DNA of 64,000 nt from Raja brachyura (lineage: Eukaryota): positions 20,398,001 through 20,462,000 of the forward strand of contig OY740785.1 of the NCBI GenBank assembly GCA_963514005.1, in the 5' to 3' direction. The notes beneath the pieces are model-generated. The model had not been told where the DNA came from and made no database searches. It was given only the letters and a program-made list of their open reading frames with translations. This document shows, piece by piece, positions 48,264 through 60,999 of the stretch; position 1 is the stretch's first letter, and every line of letters starts with the position of its first letter. The position numbers were made by a program, and so were the translations under genes.

Positions 48264-51200
48264 ATATAACTATAAAACTCTGATTTTGGATGTGTGTGTT
48301 TGTGTGTAATCTTATCTTCGCACAAAAAGGACGTGGTAATGGTGGGTAATTTTTTTAACATATTCTGATAGAGATTTATCCCGTGGAGTCCAAAATTGCC
48401 TTATCTGAAAAATTCATGCTTTATTTCTCAAGTCATTAAGCAAAATATTCAAAATACTGTAAAAACGTTGCATCTAAACGAGATGGCCTCGCTGATGACG
48501 TCACAATGGTTCTGCGTGCTGCCGTCTTGGATCTGCGCACTGCGAGTGACGTTTCCCCCCCCCCCCTCTCTCTTTCCCCCCCCCCCCCTTCTCCATTTAG
48601 GGCCATTTTTACAAGGGCGAATTAACTGACAACCTTGCACATCTTTTTGGATGTGGGAGGAAAGCGGAGCACCTGGACAAAACCTACATGGTCACAGGGA
48701 GAATGTGCAAACCCCACACACAGTCACCTGAGATCAGGATTGAACCTGGGTCTCTGGTGCTGTGAGGCAGCAGCACTAACAGTTGTGCCACTGTGCAGCC
48801 CTAAAAGATTTATTACATTTTTTGGATTTGCATATGTGTATCTGACGTGTGGGGCTGAGAATTTTCATTTATCTCCTCTAAGCTGACCAGCTGCCCAAAG
48901 ATTGCCTTTGGCGTTACTACATGAGAGTGAAGATGGGGTCAATTTAGAAGTACTGCCATCTTTAAATTGCTACAAATTTGTTATAACCTGTTGTGGTTGG
49001 CGTCACATGATTTGGAGGAGGCAAATGGGCATGCTACGTGATGAGCAAAACATGAAGAAAATAAATGAAATTCATTGTTAATTGCTCGATTGCACCTTTC
49101 CACTTCTCTACATTAAATATTTAATGTAATTTGCCATCTGCTTTGCCAACTCAACTCTTCCTGAAGCAAGTTTCAACCAAAGTAGAACATTGAACGGTAT
49201 TGCAGAGAAATGGGCCCTTTTACCCACAATGTCAATGGGCCCTTTTACCCACAATGTCTGTGCCAAACTTGATGCTAAACTAATCTCCACCTGCACATGA
49301 TCCACATGCCTCTATTCCTTGCATATACTTATATTTTATAATTCTGTTTTGTTTTCAATTGGGACCACGTCCTTAACAAAAAGGAATATAGAAAGGCAAT
49401 GAGTGAACATTTGACTGGAAGTTTTTTTGATAGCATTTGAGCCTGTCTGTCTCCTGAGCCTCAAGAAGAAACAGAAAAGGTTTATTGGAATAGCTTTGGA
49501 AATGAAAGACGTGTTACAGGGAGGGGTTTGAAAATATGGGCTTTTTCTGATGAGGGTATTTGTGTAAAGGAGGAGTATGTTTCCCCATTGGTGAAAGAGT
49601 GAAGGACACAGATTTAAGGTGACTTTCAAAATGAATAACGCTTGAAAGGAAAATGTTGCATCCATGAGGAAAGCACAAAAATATGCAACAAACTGCATTG
49701 TTCTTTTCGAGAACTGACAGATTTGAAAGATCAAAAGAGTGCTTATGAACCTGTTGCATTTCAATCTGCTGGAATTTTTCTCAACTTTCAGTGTTATTCA
49801 GTGCTTTGCTTAAAGGGTGTTCAAAGTAATTGAAAAGTCCCAACCCAAACGTCAGAGATGCCCCATGACCTGCTTTCATCTGACAGATCTCATCTGATGA
49901 CTCGCCTTTTTTTCACCCTCTTGCTCCTGTCATGGTGATAGAAGGTCTTCGCACCTGATATTGTAGTATGTCTTGCATAAATCGGTTTCTCCACAGTTGG
50001 GTTGGGTGATAACTGACAGAATCCTCTGCCTCTTTCATCATGCATTGATTATTTAATTTCTCCAATTTGTCTGGGGAAATGGGAACAAGATGCTTTTGTG
50101 TGGTCATCAGAGCTATGGATGTCAATTCGTTAACATGGCATAAAGACAACCTACGTGTGATCAAACATGATTACAGACAGCTAATCTTTTTAACATTGTG
50201 CAATACATTGGGTCATAGTTGTAGTTCTAAGTATTTTGAGAACAAAAGTTGGCATTGAGATGAACAAAATAGATAGGATTAACAGTTCATGGATTTGGTC
50301 CGCATTTCATTTTCTCGTGGATCTGTAGTTTGCTTCATCTTTGAATTGTTTTACAGTGGTCGGAGGTTTAGGGATTACAAATTATTTTGTCAACTCGCAT
50401 TGCATCAATAAACTTCTTACTGTTGCCAAATACTTCAGCGAAAAATTAACCAAAGTTTTTTTCCCCCTTAAGATCAGTGCTTGTTCCAATCTTGTCTGCT
50501 GACGAGTCCAATTTCTACACAAAACAATGTTTTACCTGAGAAAGATGGAACAAATGTTTGCAATAGTGCACAATCAAAAATTGACACCAGATGGTCAAAG
50601 AGAGGACTTGGGTGACCAAAGATGAGTTTAATTTAAACTGCAAGACCTACCAGCTCTGGAGAACACATTTGAATGTGAATATAGGAGGTATATAATGAGC
50701 AAGTTGGTGGAAAACAAGAAAATTCGTGGTATGGATAGTGAGAGCTTTTCTGGGGTTACAGAAAGTTATAGATCGGTTGGAAAGTTGTGTGGAATGTTTT
50801 GGGTCGAAACCTGAAGAGACTGCCAGACATCATCATCATCAAATCAAAAAACGTAACTGCCTGTATAAATACCACCTGTGCAGCATAATGCTACTGTGAT
50901 AAACTCAAGTCGAGTGCAACCAGTAGGCGGTACCAGCACAGTGCGAAAGAACTGAGTCAATCACGTGCATGGACAGCTATTGACTACCTCAGATAATTCT
51001 GCACTAATTTTGCAAGCGACGGTTAATATTGTGTGTAAGAAAGAAGTGCAGATGCTGGTTTAAATCAAAGGTAGACACAAAATGCTGGAGTAACTCAGCG
51101 GGTGAGGCAGCATCTCTGGAGAGAAGGAATGGGCGACGTTTCTTCAGACTCGTGTCTGGGGAGGGGGCGGGACCAAGATAGGATGCAGTCGGAGGGAAGG

Positions 51201-51399
51201 AGGAATCGCAGAGGGGGAGCAGTGAGAGACGATGTTGCTGTCTCTGGGGATATGCCAGCGAATTATTTTCCGGTAAATCTAATATCAGTGGAGAAATAGT
51301 TATTGGGAGGGATTCTGACAGTCTTGACTTTATTAACATTAGGTAAGGTAAGAACTGATTATTCAACATTATGCATGGGCAGTCACATCTCGCCAATTG

Positions 51400-52760
51400 G
51401 ATTGAACGTTTTGAGGAGATGATCAATAGTATTGAAGAGGGCTACAGATTGTCTCTTCCTGGACTTTAGCAATGATTGTCACGTGAGATTGGTGGGCCCA
51501 GAATGGTTAGAACACAGATGAGGGTGAATTAGCAAGTTGGTTACAAAATGTGCTTTATGGAAGAAAGTAGTTGGTGGTAGTGGAAAGTTGTCACAGGGAT
51601 TGGTTCTGGGTGCACTGTTTGTTGCACATTAATGATTTGGATGAGAATATAGATTGGGTTAGTAAGGTTGCAGATGACACCAAAATTATTGGCATAGTGC
51701 AGGGGTGTCAATCATTTAAACTCATTTTAGGTCGGTGGCAAATTGTGACTTTATGGGCACCGGATCGCGCCACGCACTCGCGAACACATTCCGATCCGGC
51801 ACCAGGGACAGCTGCAGCCCGCTCTGGCATCGGGGAAATCATCCCGCGGGCCGGATCGGACCCCTTCGCGGGCCACGAGTTTGACACCCCGGCATAGTCA
51901 TCCTGGTTCACGGGTGGAGGGAATGTGGACTTGAGTCTGCCTAGTTGCAGTGTCAATAGTCATACTTTATTATGCAATAATAATGAGAAACACTTGCAGT
52001 GGGACAGTGAAGAAGGTTGATTGAAATTGCAACACGATTTAGATCGACTGGAAAAGTAGGCATGGGAATGGCATTTGACTTGGCTAAGTGATGCATTTTG
52101 CCAAGTTAAACTTCGGCAGGGCATATAGAGTGAATGGTAGAGTCCTAGGAAGTGTTGTTGAACCGAGACTTTGGGGTACAACTATATGGTTTCCTGAATA
52201 TGGGAACACGAATAGACAGTTATAAAAATGGTGTATAACATTCTAGCGGTTTTTGGCAGAGGCACTGAGTTTAAGTGTTGGGAAGTCATGTTACAGCTGT
52301 ACATAATGTTGGTTAGGCTGCACTTCGAGTATTGTGTGCAGTTCTAGCTACCTACTACAGAAAGGATAAATAAGCTAGCAGAGATGCAGGATAGATTTGC
52401 AAGGATTTTGGGAATTGCTCAGAGTTATCTGGAGAGATTGGATAGGTTTTTCCCGTGAGTGAAGGCAGCCAAGTGATGAAAATAGAGGCATATAAAACTG
52501 AGGCATAGATAGTAGAAAGCTAGAGTCCGTTTCCCATGTTAGTGTCTAAAGCTAGAGGGCATGGATTTGAGGTGATTAAAGGAGATCTAAGGGGTACATT
52601 TCTCAGTGGTTAATATCTAAAACTGGAGGTTTTGAAGGCAGAAACAGTGAACCATTTAAGAGGTACCTGAATGTGCAGAGCAAAGGGGGACTTGAATTCA
52701 AGGTCTACAAGTGGAATTGGTATAAATGGGCATGATGGTTGGTACAGGTTGAAATGTGTG
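51400..52760 (+). mobile_element. Old degraded CR1 RT region carrying nested insertions
   Basis: INDLDE..SKVADDTKI, LVRLHFEYCVQF; resumes at GGACAGTGAAGAAGG after the insertions. Confidence 0.7.
51700..51891. mobile_element. hAT (Charlie-like) MITE
   Basis: TIR CAGGGGTGTCAA / TTGACACCCC(T)G and 8-bp TSD GCATAGTG / GCATAGTC. Confidence 0.85.
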
Positions 52761-53177
52761 TTTTTATGCTGGACAATTCTGACTATTAGAACAGTTAGTT
52801 GTTGCACAGTTTGTAGTAAGGCCCATGTCAAGTAGCACATACAATCCTGTGATATTGGTTTTGAAGAATACTCCCACGATCGGCAAGCTACGCACTCTGC
52901 TACAAATGAAGCGAGCTTCATCATGTCATCCTGGTTCACGGGTGGAGGGAATGTGGACTTGAGTCTGCCTAGTTGCAGTGTCAATAGTCATACTTTATTA
53001 TGCAATAATAATGAGAAACACGCAGTATTGTCCTAGACTTGGTAAACATAGTTCATAGGAGTATTCAGAATATACTTTAAAATATTGTAAAATGTAATCA
53101 AGCAGAATCATTGGAACCCAAATTCAGTGACTCGGCAGGTTTCACATGTCACCTGGCAAATATGAGAGCCTCTTTTC

Positions 53178-54338
53178 TCCCCCCCCCCCTCCCCCTCCAC
53201 CCCTCTCCCTCCCCCCCCACCCCTCTCCCTCCCCCTCCACCCCTCTCCCTCCCCCTCCACCCCTCTCCCTCCCCCTCCACCCCTCTCCCTCCCCCTCCAC
53301 CCCTCTCCCTCCCCCTCCACCCCTCTCCCTCCCCCTCCACCCCTCTCCCTCCCCCTCCACCCCTCTCCCTCCCCCTCCACCCCTCTCCCTCCCCCTCCAC
53401 CCCTCTCCCTCCCCCTCCACCCCTCTCCCTCCGCCTCCACCCCTCTCCCTCCGCCTCCACCCCTCTCCCTCCCCCTCCACCCCTCTCCCTCCGCCTCCAC
53501 CCCTCTCCCTCCGCCTCCACCCCTCTCCCTCCGCCTCCACCCCTCTCCCTCCGCCTCCACCCCTCTCCCTNNNNNNNNNNNNNNNNNNNNNNNNNNNNNN
53601 NNNNNNNNNNNNNNNNNNNNNNNNNNNNNNNNNNNNNNNNNNNNNNNNNNNNNNNNNNNNNNNNNNNNNNNNNNNNNNNNNNNNNNNNNNNNNNNNNNNN
53701 NNNNNNNNNNNNNNNNNNNNNNNNNNNNNNNNNNNNNNNNNNNNNNNNNNNNNNNNNNNNNNNNNNNNNNNNNNNNNNNNNNNNNNNNNNNNNNNNNNNN
53801 NNNNNNNNNNNNNNNNNNNNNCCCTCTCCACCCCTCCCCCTCCACCCCTCCCCCTCCACCCCTCTCCACCCCTCCCCCTCCACCCCTCCCCCTCCACCCC
53901 TCCCCCTCCACCCCTCCCCCTCCACCCCTCCCCCTCCACCCCTCCCCCTCCACCCCTCCCCCTCCACCCCTCCCCCTCCACCCCTCCCCCTCCACCCCTC
54001 CCCCTCCACCCCTCCCCCTCCACCCCTCCCCCTCCACCCCTCCCCCTCCACCCCTCCCCCTCCACCCCTCCCCCTCCACCCCTCCCCCTCCACCCCTCCC
54101 CCTCCACCCCTCCCCCTCCACCCCTCCCCCTCCACCCCTCCCCCTCCACCCCCCCCTCCACCCCCCCTCCACCCCCCCCTCCACCCCTCCCCCTCCACCC
54201 CTCCCCCTCCACCCCTCCCCCTCCACCCCTCCCCCTCCCCCCCTCCCCCTCCACCCCCCTCCCCCTCCCCCTCCCTCTCCCTCCCTCCCCCTCCCCCTCC
54301 CCCTCCCCCTCTCCCTCCCCCCCCCTCTCCACCTCCCC
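53178..54338. repeat. Polypyrimidine minisatellites (20-bp CCCCTCCACCCCTCTCCCTC; 14-bp CCCCTCCACCCCTC) flanking a 251-N gap at 53571-53821
   Basis: Directly visible tandem units on both sides of the N-run. Confidence 0.95.
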
Positions 54339-55180
54339 TTGCGCATAATCCCCAACTCGCAAGCGCGGCTTGAGAGAGAGGGGTGCGGAGACACGGAGAG
54401 GGGCGCACACACACACAGTTTATAGTTCTAAGGATAATAACTGATGTATTAATTATCTCTATGAAAACAGATCTCGGCAGCACAAAATGTGTAATTCCTA
54501 CACTGTATGTTCTTCATAATTGGAAGAAAATGTCATGTCAATGCATCTCACTCCAATGTTTGGGTCAGAAGTGAGTTACTTTCCCTTCAAGCCTGTAGTT
54601 CTTAGAGTTGGAAGCAATAAAAGTCACATGTCCAGTGAAGAGGGTAAATATTTGTTCTGAAGTATGTTTGTGAATCAGATGGATTTGAATTTGTTTGCTG
54701 ATGCATACCACATTGCAGTTTGCAATGTTAGACAAAACTCTTTATAAAGTAGAGATAATTGTGGGGAAATCTTTGTAGCGGTCAGTGAGGTTGCTTCAAC
54801 ATGACTGAAACACAAGTCCATCGCAACCAGCAGTTCTAGGTTGAAAAGTCCTCTGTGCAAAAAATTGCTTATTTAAAACGGTGCATGCTTTGCTTGATGA
54901 TTGTGGTGGTTGGCAGGTTTGGGGAGGATTTGTGGGGGTAGTGAGAGGTTAACTAAAATTGGAAAATTCTATGTTCATACAGTTGGGTTGTAAGCTACCC
55001 AAGTGGAATATGAGGTGTCGTTATTACAGTTTGCGTGTGGCCTTGCTCTGGCAATTCAGCGCTCGTAAAGCATTCTTTGACGTATGCTAGTTGGAAGTGT
55101 TCTGATTGGGAGTGAGTGGAAGTTTTTTTTAAACCTATTTCGGTGTTGTTTGACATGGATGTTTTTGCATTTTGGTATAG

Positions 55181-55358
55181 GCCCAACAGCAGCCAACTGC
55201 AAACAAGAGGCCCAGTAACAGTGTTCCTCCTCAAACTCAACTTAACAAAATCAAGTATTCTGGAGGGCCACAGATTGTAAAGAAAGAGAGACGCCAGAGT
55301 TCATCCCGCTTCAACCTGGCAAAGAACAGGGAGCTTCAGAAACTGCCAGCACTTAAAG
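55181..55358 (+). CDS. PPP2R5D: PPP2R5D exon 3, [59 protein letters not shown]
   Basis: TAG acceptor and AG|GTAAGT donor, 178 nt (phase 0/1). Near-identical to recalled human B56-delta [44 protein letters not shown]. Confidence 0.96.
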
Positions 55359-56288
55359 GTAAGTCATGCCCCTATCAAGACATGTTAGGGTAACATTTGT
55401 TTTTTCTTTTTCTTCCTGAATGGCAGGTATTCATTTGGCTTGTAATGGCATCCATCAACATTGTTTTTGGAATTCTCTGTCTGAGAGTTGTGGAGGACAG
55501 AGCAGTGGTTGCATTTAAGGAGGAAGTAGATGGATTTTTTTAATTGAGGTCTCTGGGGATCAGGTAAAGGGGAAATGATGCCTGGGACATGGGCTATGAT
55601 TGTGAATGGCAACGTATGCTTGTGGGTGGAGAGACCTATTCCTGCTTTGCAATGCAGCTCTCCTCCATTTGTTTGCTGCAATGCTCTTTCTCCCAATTAT
55701 ATCATCTGACCCAATAATTCAGTGCAGAACACTCATTACTAATTGCTTCTGCATTCTGAATGCATTTGCATGTAATCCAATTTCGAAAATTAATGGCTGG
55801 ATCTCAGTAACACCAGACCGGAACTTTCCATGCAGAGGCTGGATTGTTAAATTATCAAAGCCTGATCTCATTCCAAAAGCAGCTCTTTCAAATGGACCTG
55901 AATTGTAGTTTTTTTCTGGCCTATTCATAATTTTCCAATTTGACAAAATGGATAATGTGCAATAAATGCTTCAATAATTTGCTTGCACTGCTTATAACAT
56001 TCTCATTTAAACAGAGCATATCAGCTCTGATTAGTAGAAAATAATCATTGGCATAAAAAAAATATTTGTAACTAATTTCTGTTTTGTGGTATGCAAGTAG
56101 TAATCTGAGATGTGATGCTAAATCTAAAATCTAGACAGTTGGGAGTGTATGACATTATTGATTCCACCTGGCATGGTGTTAGACACACACTAATTCCCCC
56201 TACCTTTAATCACCACCACCACTCCTCCAAAATAAAACACTTTTCTAAATATATGGGGTTTTTTTCCACTGTGATCTACACTGCCATA

Positions 56289-57478
56289 CAGTGCCCCCCA
56301 TAATGTTTGGGACAAAGACCCATAATTTATTTATTTGCCTCTGTACTCCACAATTTGAGATTTGCAATAGAAACAAATCACATGTGGTTAAAGTGCACAT
56401 TGTCAATTTTTAATAAAGGCAATTTTAATACATTTTGGTTTCATCATGCAGAAATGACAGCTGTGTTTATATATAGTCCCCCCCCCCCCCCCCCCCCATT
56501 TCTGGGCACCATAATGTTTGGGACACATGGCTTCACAGCTGTTTGTAATTGCTCAGGTGTGTTTAATTGCCTCCTTCATGCAGGTATAAGAGAGCTCTCA
56601 GCACCTAGTCTTTCCTCCAGTCTTTCCATCAACATTGGAAACTTTTATTGCTATTTATCAACATGAGGACCAAGGTTGTCCTAATGAAAGTCAAAGAAGC
56701 CATAATGAGACTGAGAAACAAGAATAAAACTGTTAGAGACTGTCAGCCAGACCTTAGGCTTACCAAAAGCAAGAGTTTGGAACATCATTAAGAAGAAAGA
56801 GAGCACTGGTGAGCTTACTAATCGCAAAAGGACTGGCAGGCCAAGGAAGACCTCCACAGCTGATGACAGAAGAATTATCTCTATAATAAAGAAAATCCCC
56901 AAACACCTGTCCGACAGATCAGAAACACTTCAGGAGTCGGGTGTGGGTTTGTCAATGACCACTATACGCAGAAGACTTAATGAACAGAAATACAGAGGCT
57001 ACACTGCAAGATGAAAACCACTGGTTAGCCGCAACAAAAGGATGGCTGGGTTACAGTTTGTCAAGAAGTACTTAAAAGAGCAACCACAGTTCTAGAAAAT
57101 GATCTTGTGGACAGATGAGACGAAGATTAACTTATATCAGACTGATGGCAAGAGCAAAGTATGGAGGAGAGAAGGAACTGCCCAAGATCCAAAACATACC
57201 ACCTCATCAGTGATATGCAACAAAATACTAAACATGACTACTTTCATTTACATGATATTGCTGCGTCCCAAACATTATGGTGCCCTGAAATGGGGGGACT
57301 GGGCATAAACACTGCTGTAAATTCTACATAATGAAACAAAATGTATAAAAATGACCTTTATTAAAATATGACAATGTGCACTTTAACCACAAGTTACTTT
57401 TTTTCAATTGCAAATCTCAAATTGTGGGGTAAATAAATAAATGGCGGGTCTTTGTCCCAAACATTATGGAGGGCACTG
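56289..57478 (+). mobile_element. Tc1-like transposon (IR/DR type), internally deleted transposase pseudogene
   Basis: TA TSD; long TIRs starting CAGTGCCC..ATAATGTTTGGGACA with an internal direct repeat. Transposase remnant from ATG 56663 (VKEAIMRLR, GRPRKT, TIRRRL, ILWTDETKINLY); the rest of the DDE domain is deleted. Confidence 0.92.
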
Positions 57479-58321
57479 TATATTTGCTTAGTACAAGCAG
57501 CCTGGAATGAGTTGGAGTTAAAAGTCACCTTTCAGCCAAGGCACTGAACAGGACTGCTTCAAATGCTTTCCTGCAAGAGCCAAGCACTGATTGTTACTGT
57601 TTGGTTGTGGCACATCCTTTTTGATCTCCAGGCTATGAAATTCCACTCAAGTTGACTAGTGTCCTTCCTGAGGCTACATTCGTGCTTGGGTATCCTTTGA
57701 GAGTGTTGTCATAGAGCAAGGAAACAGGCCATTTGGCCCAATTCATCCATGCCAACCGTGCTGGTCCCAATTGCCTGTGCCCGGCCCATATCCCTCCAAA
57801 CCTTTCCTATTCATATACTAGTCCACTAATAATTATCGTTATTATAGTCGTCTCTACCACTTGCCCAATATGAACCACTCTCTGTGTGCACAATTTGGTA
57901 ATTGGGTCAATTTTTAAATCTTTCATCTTACCGTAAAACATCTGGGGGGGGGGGGGGGCTGGAGACTTTGGCTGTTTTATCTTATCCATGCCCTTAATGA
58001 TCTTGTATGATATCAAAGGCCACCCCTTAGCCTCCTGGGGTCCACGAAATAAGTCCTAGTCCATCAAACCTCTCATTATGTCAAATGCTAGGAAGGGAAC
58101 TTGAGCTTCCTTTCAGCTTGCTGGAGCAATGGACCGATTAAGCTGGCGTGCTTTCTCGGGAAAGGGTTTAATTAAGTGTCATAATTAAGCCTTGGGTGGT
58201 ACTGATACTTGGTGCCCATGTGCTTTGGCTCTGCGCACAGCCTGATGCATTCACACACTAAGGTGGCCATCAGGATGAGGGCAATGCTGGGTATGCATTT
58301 GCCTATGTACATGTAAGATGG

Positions 58322-58643
58322 TTTAGTTTTTTTTTTAGTTTATCGATACAGTGCCGGAAACGGGCCCTTCTGCGCACTGGGTCCACGCTGACCAGCGATC
58401 CCTGCACATTAACACCATCCTACACCGACTAAGGACAATTTTTACATTTTACCAAGCCAATTAACCTACAAAGCTGTACATCTTTAGAGTGTGGGAGGAA
58501 ACCGAAGATCTCAGAGAAAACCCACGCAGATCACGGGGAGAACGTAAAAACTCTGTACAGACAGCACCCGTAGTCAGGATTGAACCTGGGCCTCCGGCGC
58601 TGCATTCGCTGCAAGGTAGCAACTGTACCGCTGTGCCACCGTG
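58322..58643 (-). mobile_element. Full-length HE1-like V-SINE
   Basis: Reverse complement of the 24810-25118 SINE. Confidence 0.85.
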
Positions 58644-60084
58644 ACTGTTCGTGACTAAATTGTACAAAAATGTACATGTGCTAGATCTGGAGTACTGAGT
58701 ACACTTCTGGTTGCCACGTCATAGGAACTATGATGGTGCAGTGAAAATTCATGTAGCTGTGACTGTATATTTAAAAGTTACATTTCTTGTTTTGGGGTGA
58801 TTTCAGAGCAAAGAAGCTGAGGAGAGAATTGGTATTTGTATGAATTTAAGGGTCTTGATTTGAACAGGAAGGACCTATTTTTGCGGAGGTCAGTAACCGG
58901 GGGGGGGAGGGAGGGTGATTTAACCTAGGAGAAGAATTAGAGAAGAGCTGAGAAAAAATATTTTGCTAAAGAGTTTAGGAGGGATTGAGTTGCTGAATCC
59001 TGTTAGAAAGGTAGTAGAGGTTTTGATGCATTTTTAAAAAGAAAGTTAGATGGCAATTTAAGGAGCCAAAGATGGCAATTTATGTCTCAAGTTTATTTAA
59101 AAAGCTATTCCATTAAGTCTTGGAAGCCCAAGAGCAAATAGTTGTCTGATTGTAATGCCGATTTACACTAATAGGATTTGCCCGCATTAGGCCTGTATTT
59201 CCCTGTGTCTCTCGAAAGCAAGTACCTGTCCCTAAAGCCTTTAGAATAATGTAATTGTATTTGCCTCAGACACCACCTCTGGCAGCTTGTTCCAGATATT
59301 TGCACCCCCGGGGTTAAACAGCATACCACTCCGATCTACTTTAAACCTCTCTCACATCACCTTAAACCTGTGGCCTTAAGTTAGACTCCCATCACTCAAG
59401 GTAAAAAAAAAAAATGGCTATGGCCATTTTATCTTTGGCCATGATTTCTGGATTTATTTTATCTATTTTTGTCATTTCCTGTCCTTTGCACATCTAGACA
59501 CACATGGTTGGTCAGTCCCGTTCCCACCCCCTACCATCATCCTCTAATTGAGAAGTAATTCATTGGGGAAGGTTTAAAAAAAAAAAAAAAAAAATTTAAG
59601 CTGCAAAAAAATGTTCAGAATTAAACTAATTTGTTAACTGCAAATGATTATTTGTTTATATGCTTTCCAACACTGCCAAATGTCACCTTCATAACATTCT
59701 TGCAAGAAGACAGTCTTTCCTTTATTGTGTTGGTCTATATACAGTAGCCCCCTCCTAGCAGCAGTCTGGTGTATTCTTCATACACGAGAGCTGCTGTGGC
59801 TCAAGTCAATGATCATCACTGCCTTCTCAAGTGCAATTAATGAACTTTAAAATGTTGGTTTTAATGATTACCATATTCCAAAATTAATTTAAAAAAAAAC
59901 ACTTCAGTTCAGCCTTGATCCTATTGAATGGCAGGGCAGACATGAGAGGCCGAGAAGGCCAACCGGGTGATAACATCTGTCCTGTCAGACTCTTGTGTGC
60001 CTTTTTCCCAGGGTCATATGTTGCACAAGTTAGATTAGCCTTTCTGAGGGTGAACCAACGGATAGCAACTGGCATGGACAGAGT

Positions 60085-60860
60085 TCAGAATCAGATTACC
60101 TTTATTGTCATTCAGACCTTTCGGTCTGAACGAAATTTCGTGCCTGCAGTCATACATATATTAAAAGTAACAAAAACACACAATAAACACAAATGTAACA
60201 TCCACCACAGTGACTTCACCAAACACCTCCTCACTGTGATGGAAGGCAAAAGTCTTAGTCTTTGTCTCTTCCCTCCTTGTTCTCCCTCTGCGCTGAGGCG
60301 ATCCAAGCCTCCGATTTTGTGACCCCGCCGGGCGATGGTATGCGAGTCAGTCCCGCGGCTGAATCCAGCTCCGCGAACGGGCCGATTCATGCGGCCCGGG
60401 GCGCTCAAAGCTGCCGCCCTCCAGTCCAGCGGACGCAGCTGTTGTTGTGGGAGCTCCAGAAAACAGGTCACCAACCTGTGACCTGCGAGCTCCCGACGAT
60501 GTCGTCCCCGGGTCCACAGCTCCAAGTCGGGCCGCTACCGGAACGCCGGAGTGCCGCCACAGCTCCAAGTTGGGCCGCTGCTGCTGCCAGGTCGGGCCAG
60601 TCGGGCCGCTGCCGCGAACGCCGCCCGAGGCCATCAGCTCCGCCATTAGGCCTCAGCGCAGACGGAGACAGGGGACAAGAAAAGGTCGTATCCCCCCGAA
60701 GGAAGAGACTAAACCATGTTTCTCCCACCCACCCCCCCCCCCCCCCCACACTTACACAATCTAATAAACTAACTAAACTAAACTAAAGCAGACATAAGCA
60801 AAACAACAACAAAAAGAAAAAAACAGACGGACTGCAGGCGACCCGCAGCCACCACTTCCG
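60085..60860 (-). mobile_element. GC-rich non-autonomous retroposon, long copy
   Basis: Reverse-complement core CCTCACTGTGATGGAAGGC and tail TTTATTGTCA. Confidence 0.6.
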
Positions 60861-60999
60861 GTTCCTGGCCATGTCCTTAGGACCAACTCGAGGGAGTGTT
60901 CATGGATAGGTTTAATTTCTCCCTTCTCTGTTCTGAAGTACCCTCCTGCTTCAAGAAGACCACTGTCACCCTGGCGCAAGATCTCATGCCATAAGGTCT

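Noticed and set aside
49209-49258. Perfect 25-bp tandem duplication
   Set aside because: Ordinary local slippage within an old repeat tail.
53108-54483. Five ORFs of 400-444 aa
   Set aside because: Same artefact: C/T minisatellite plus N-gap.
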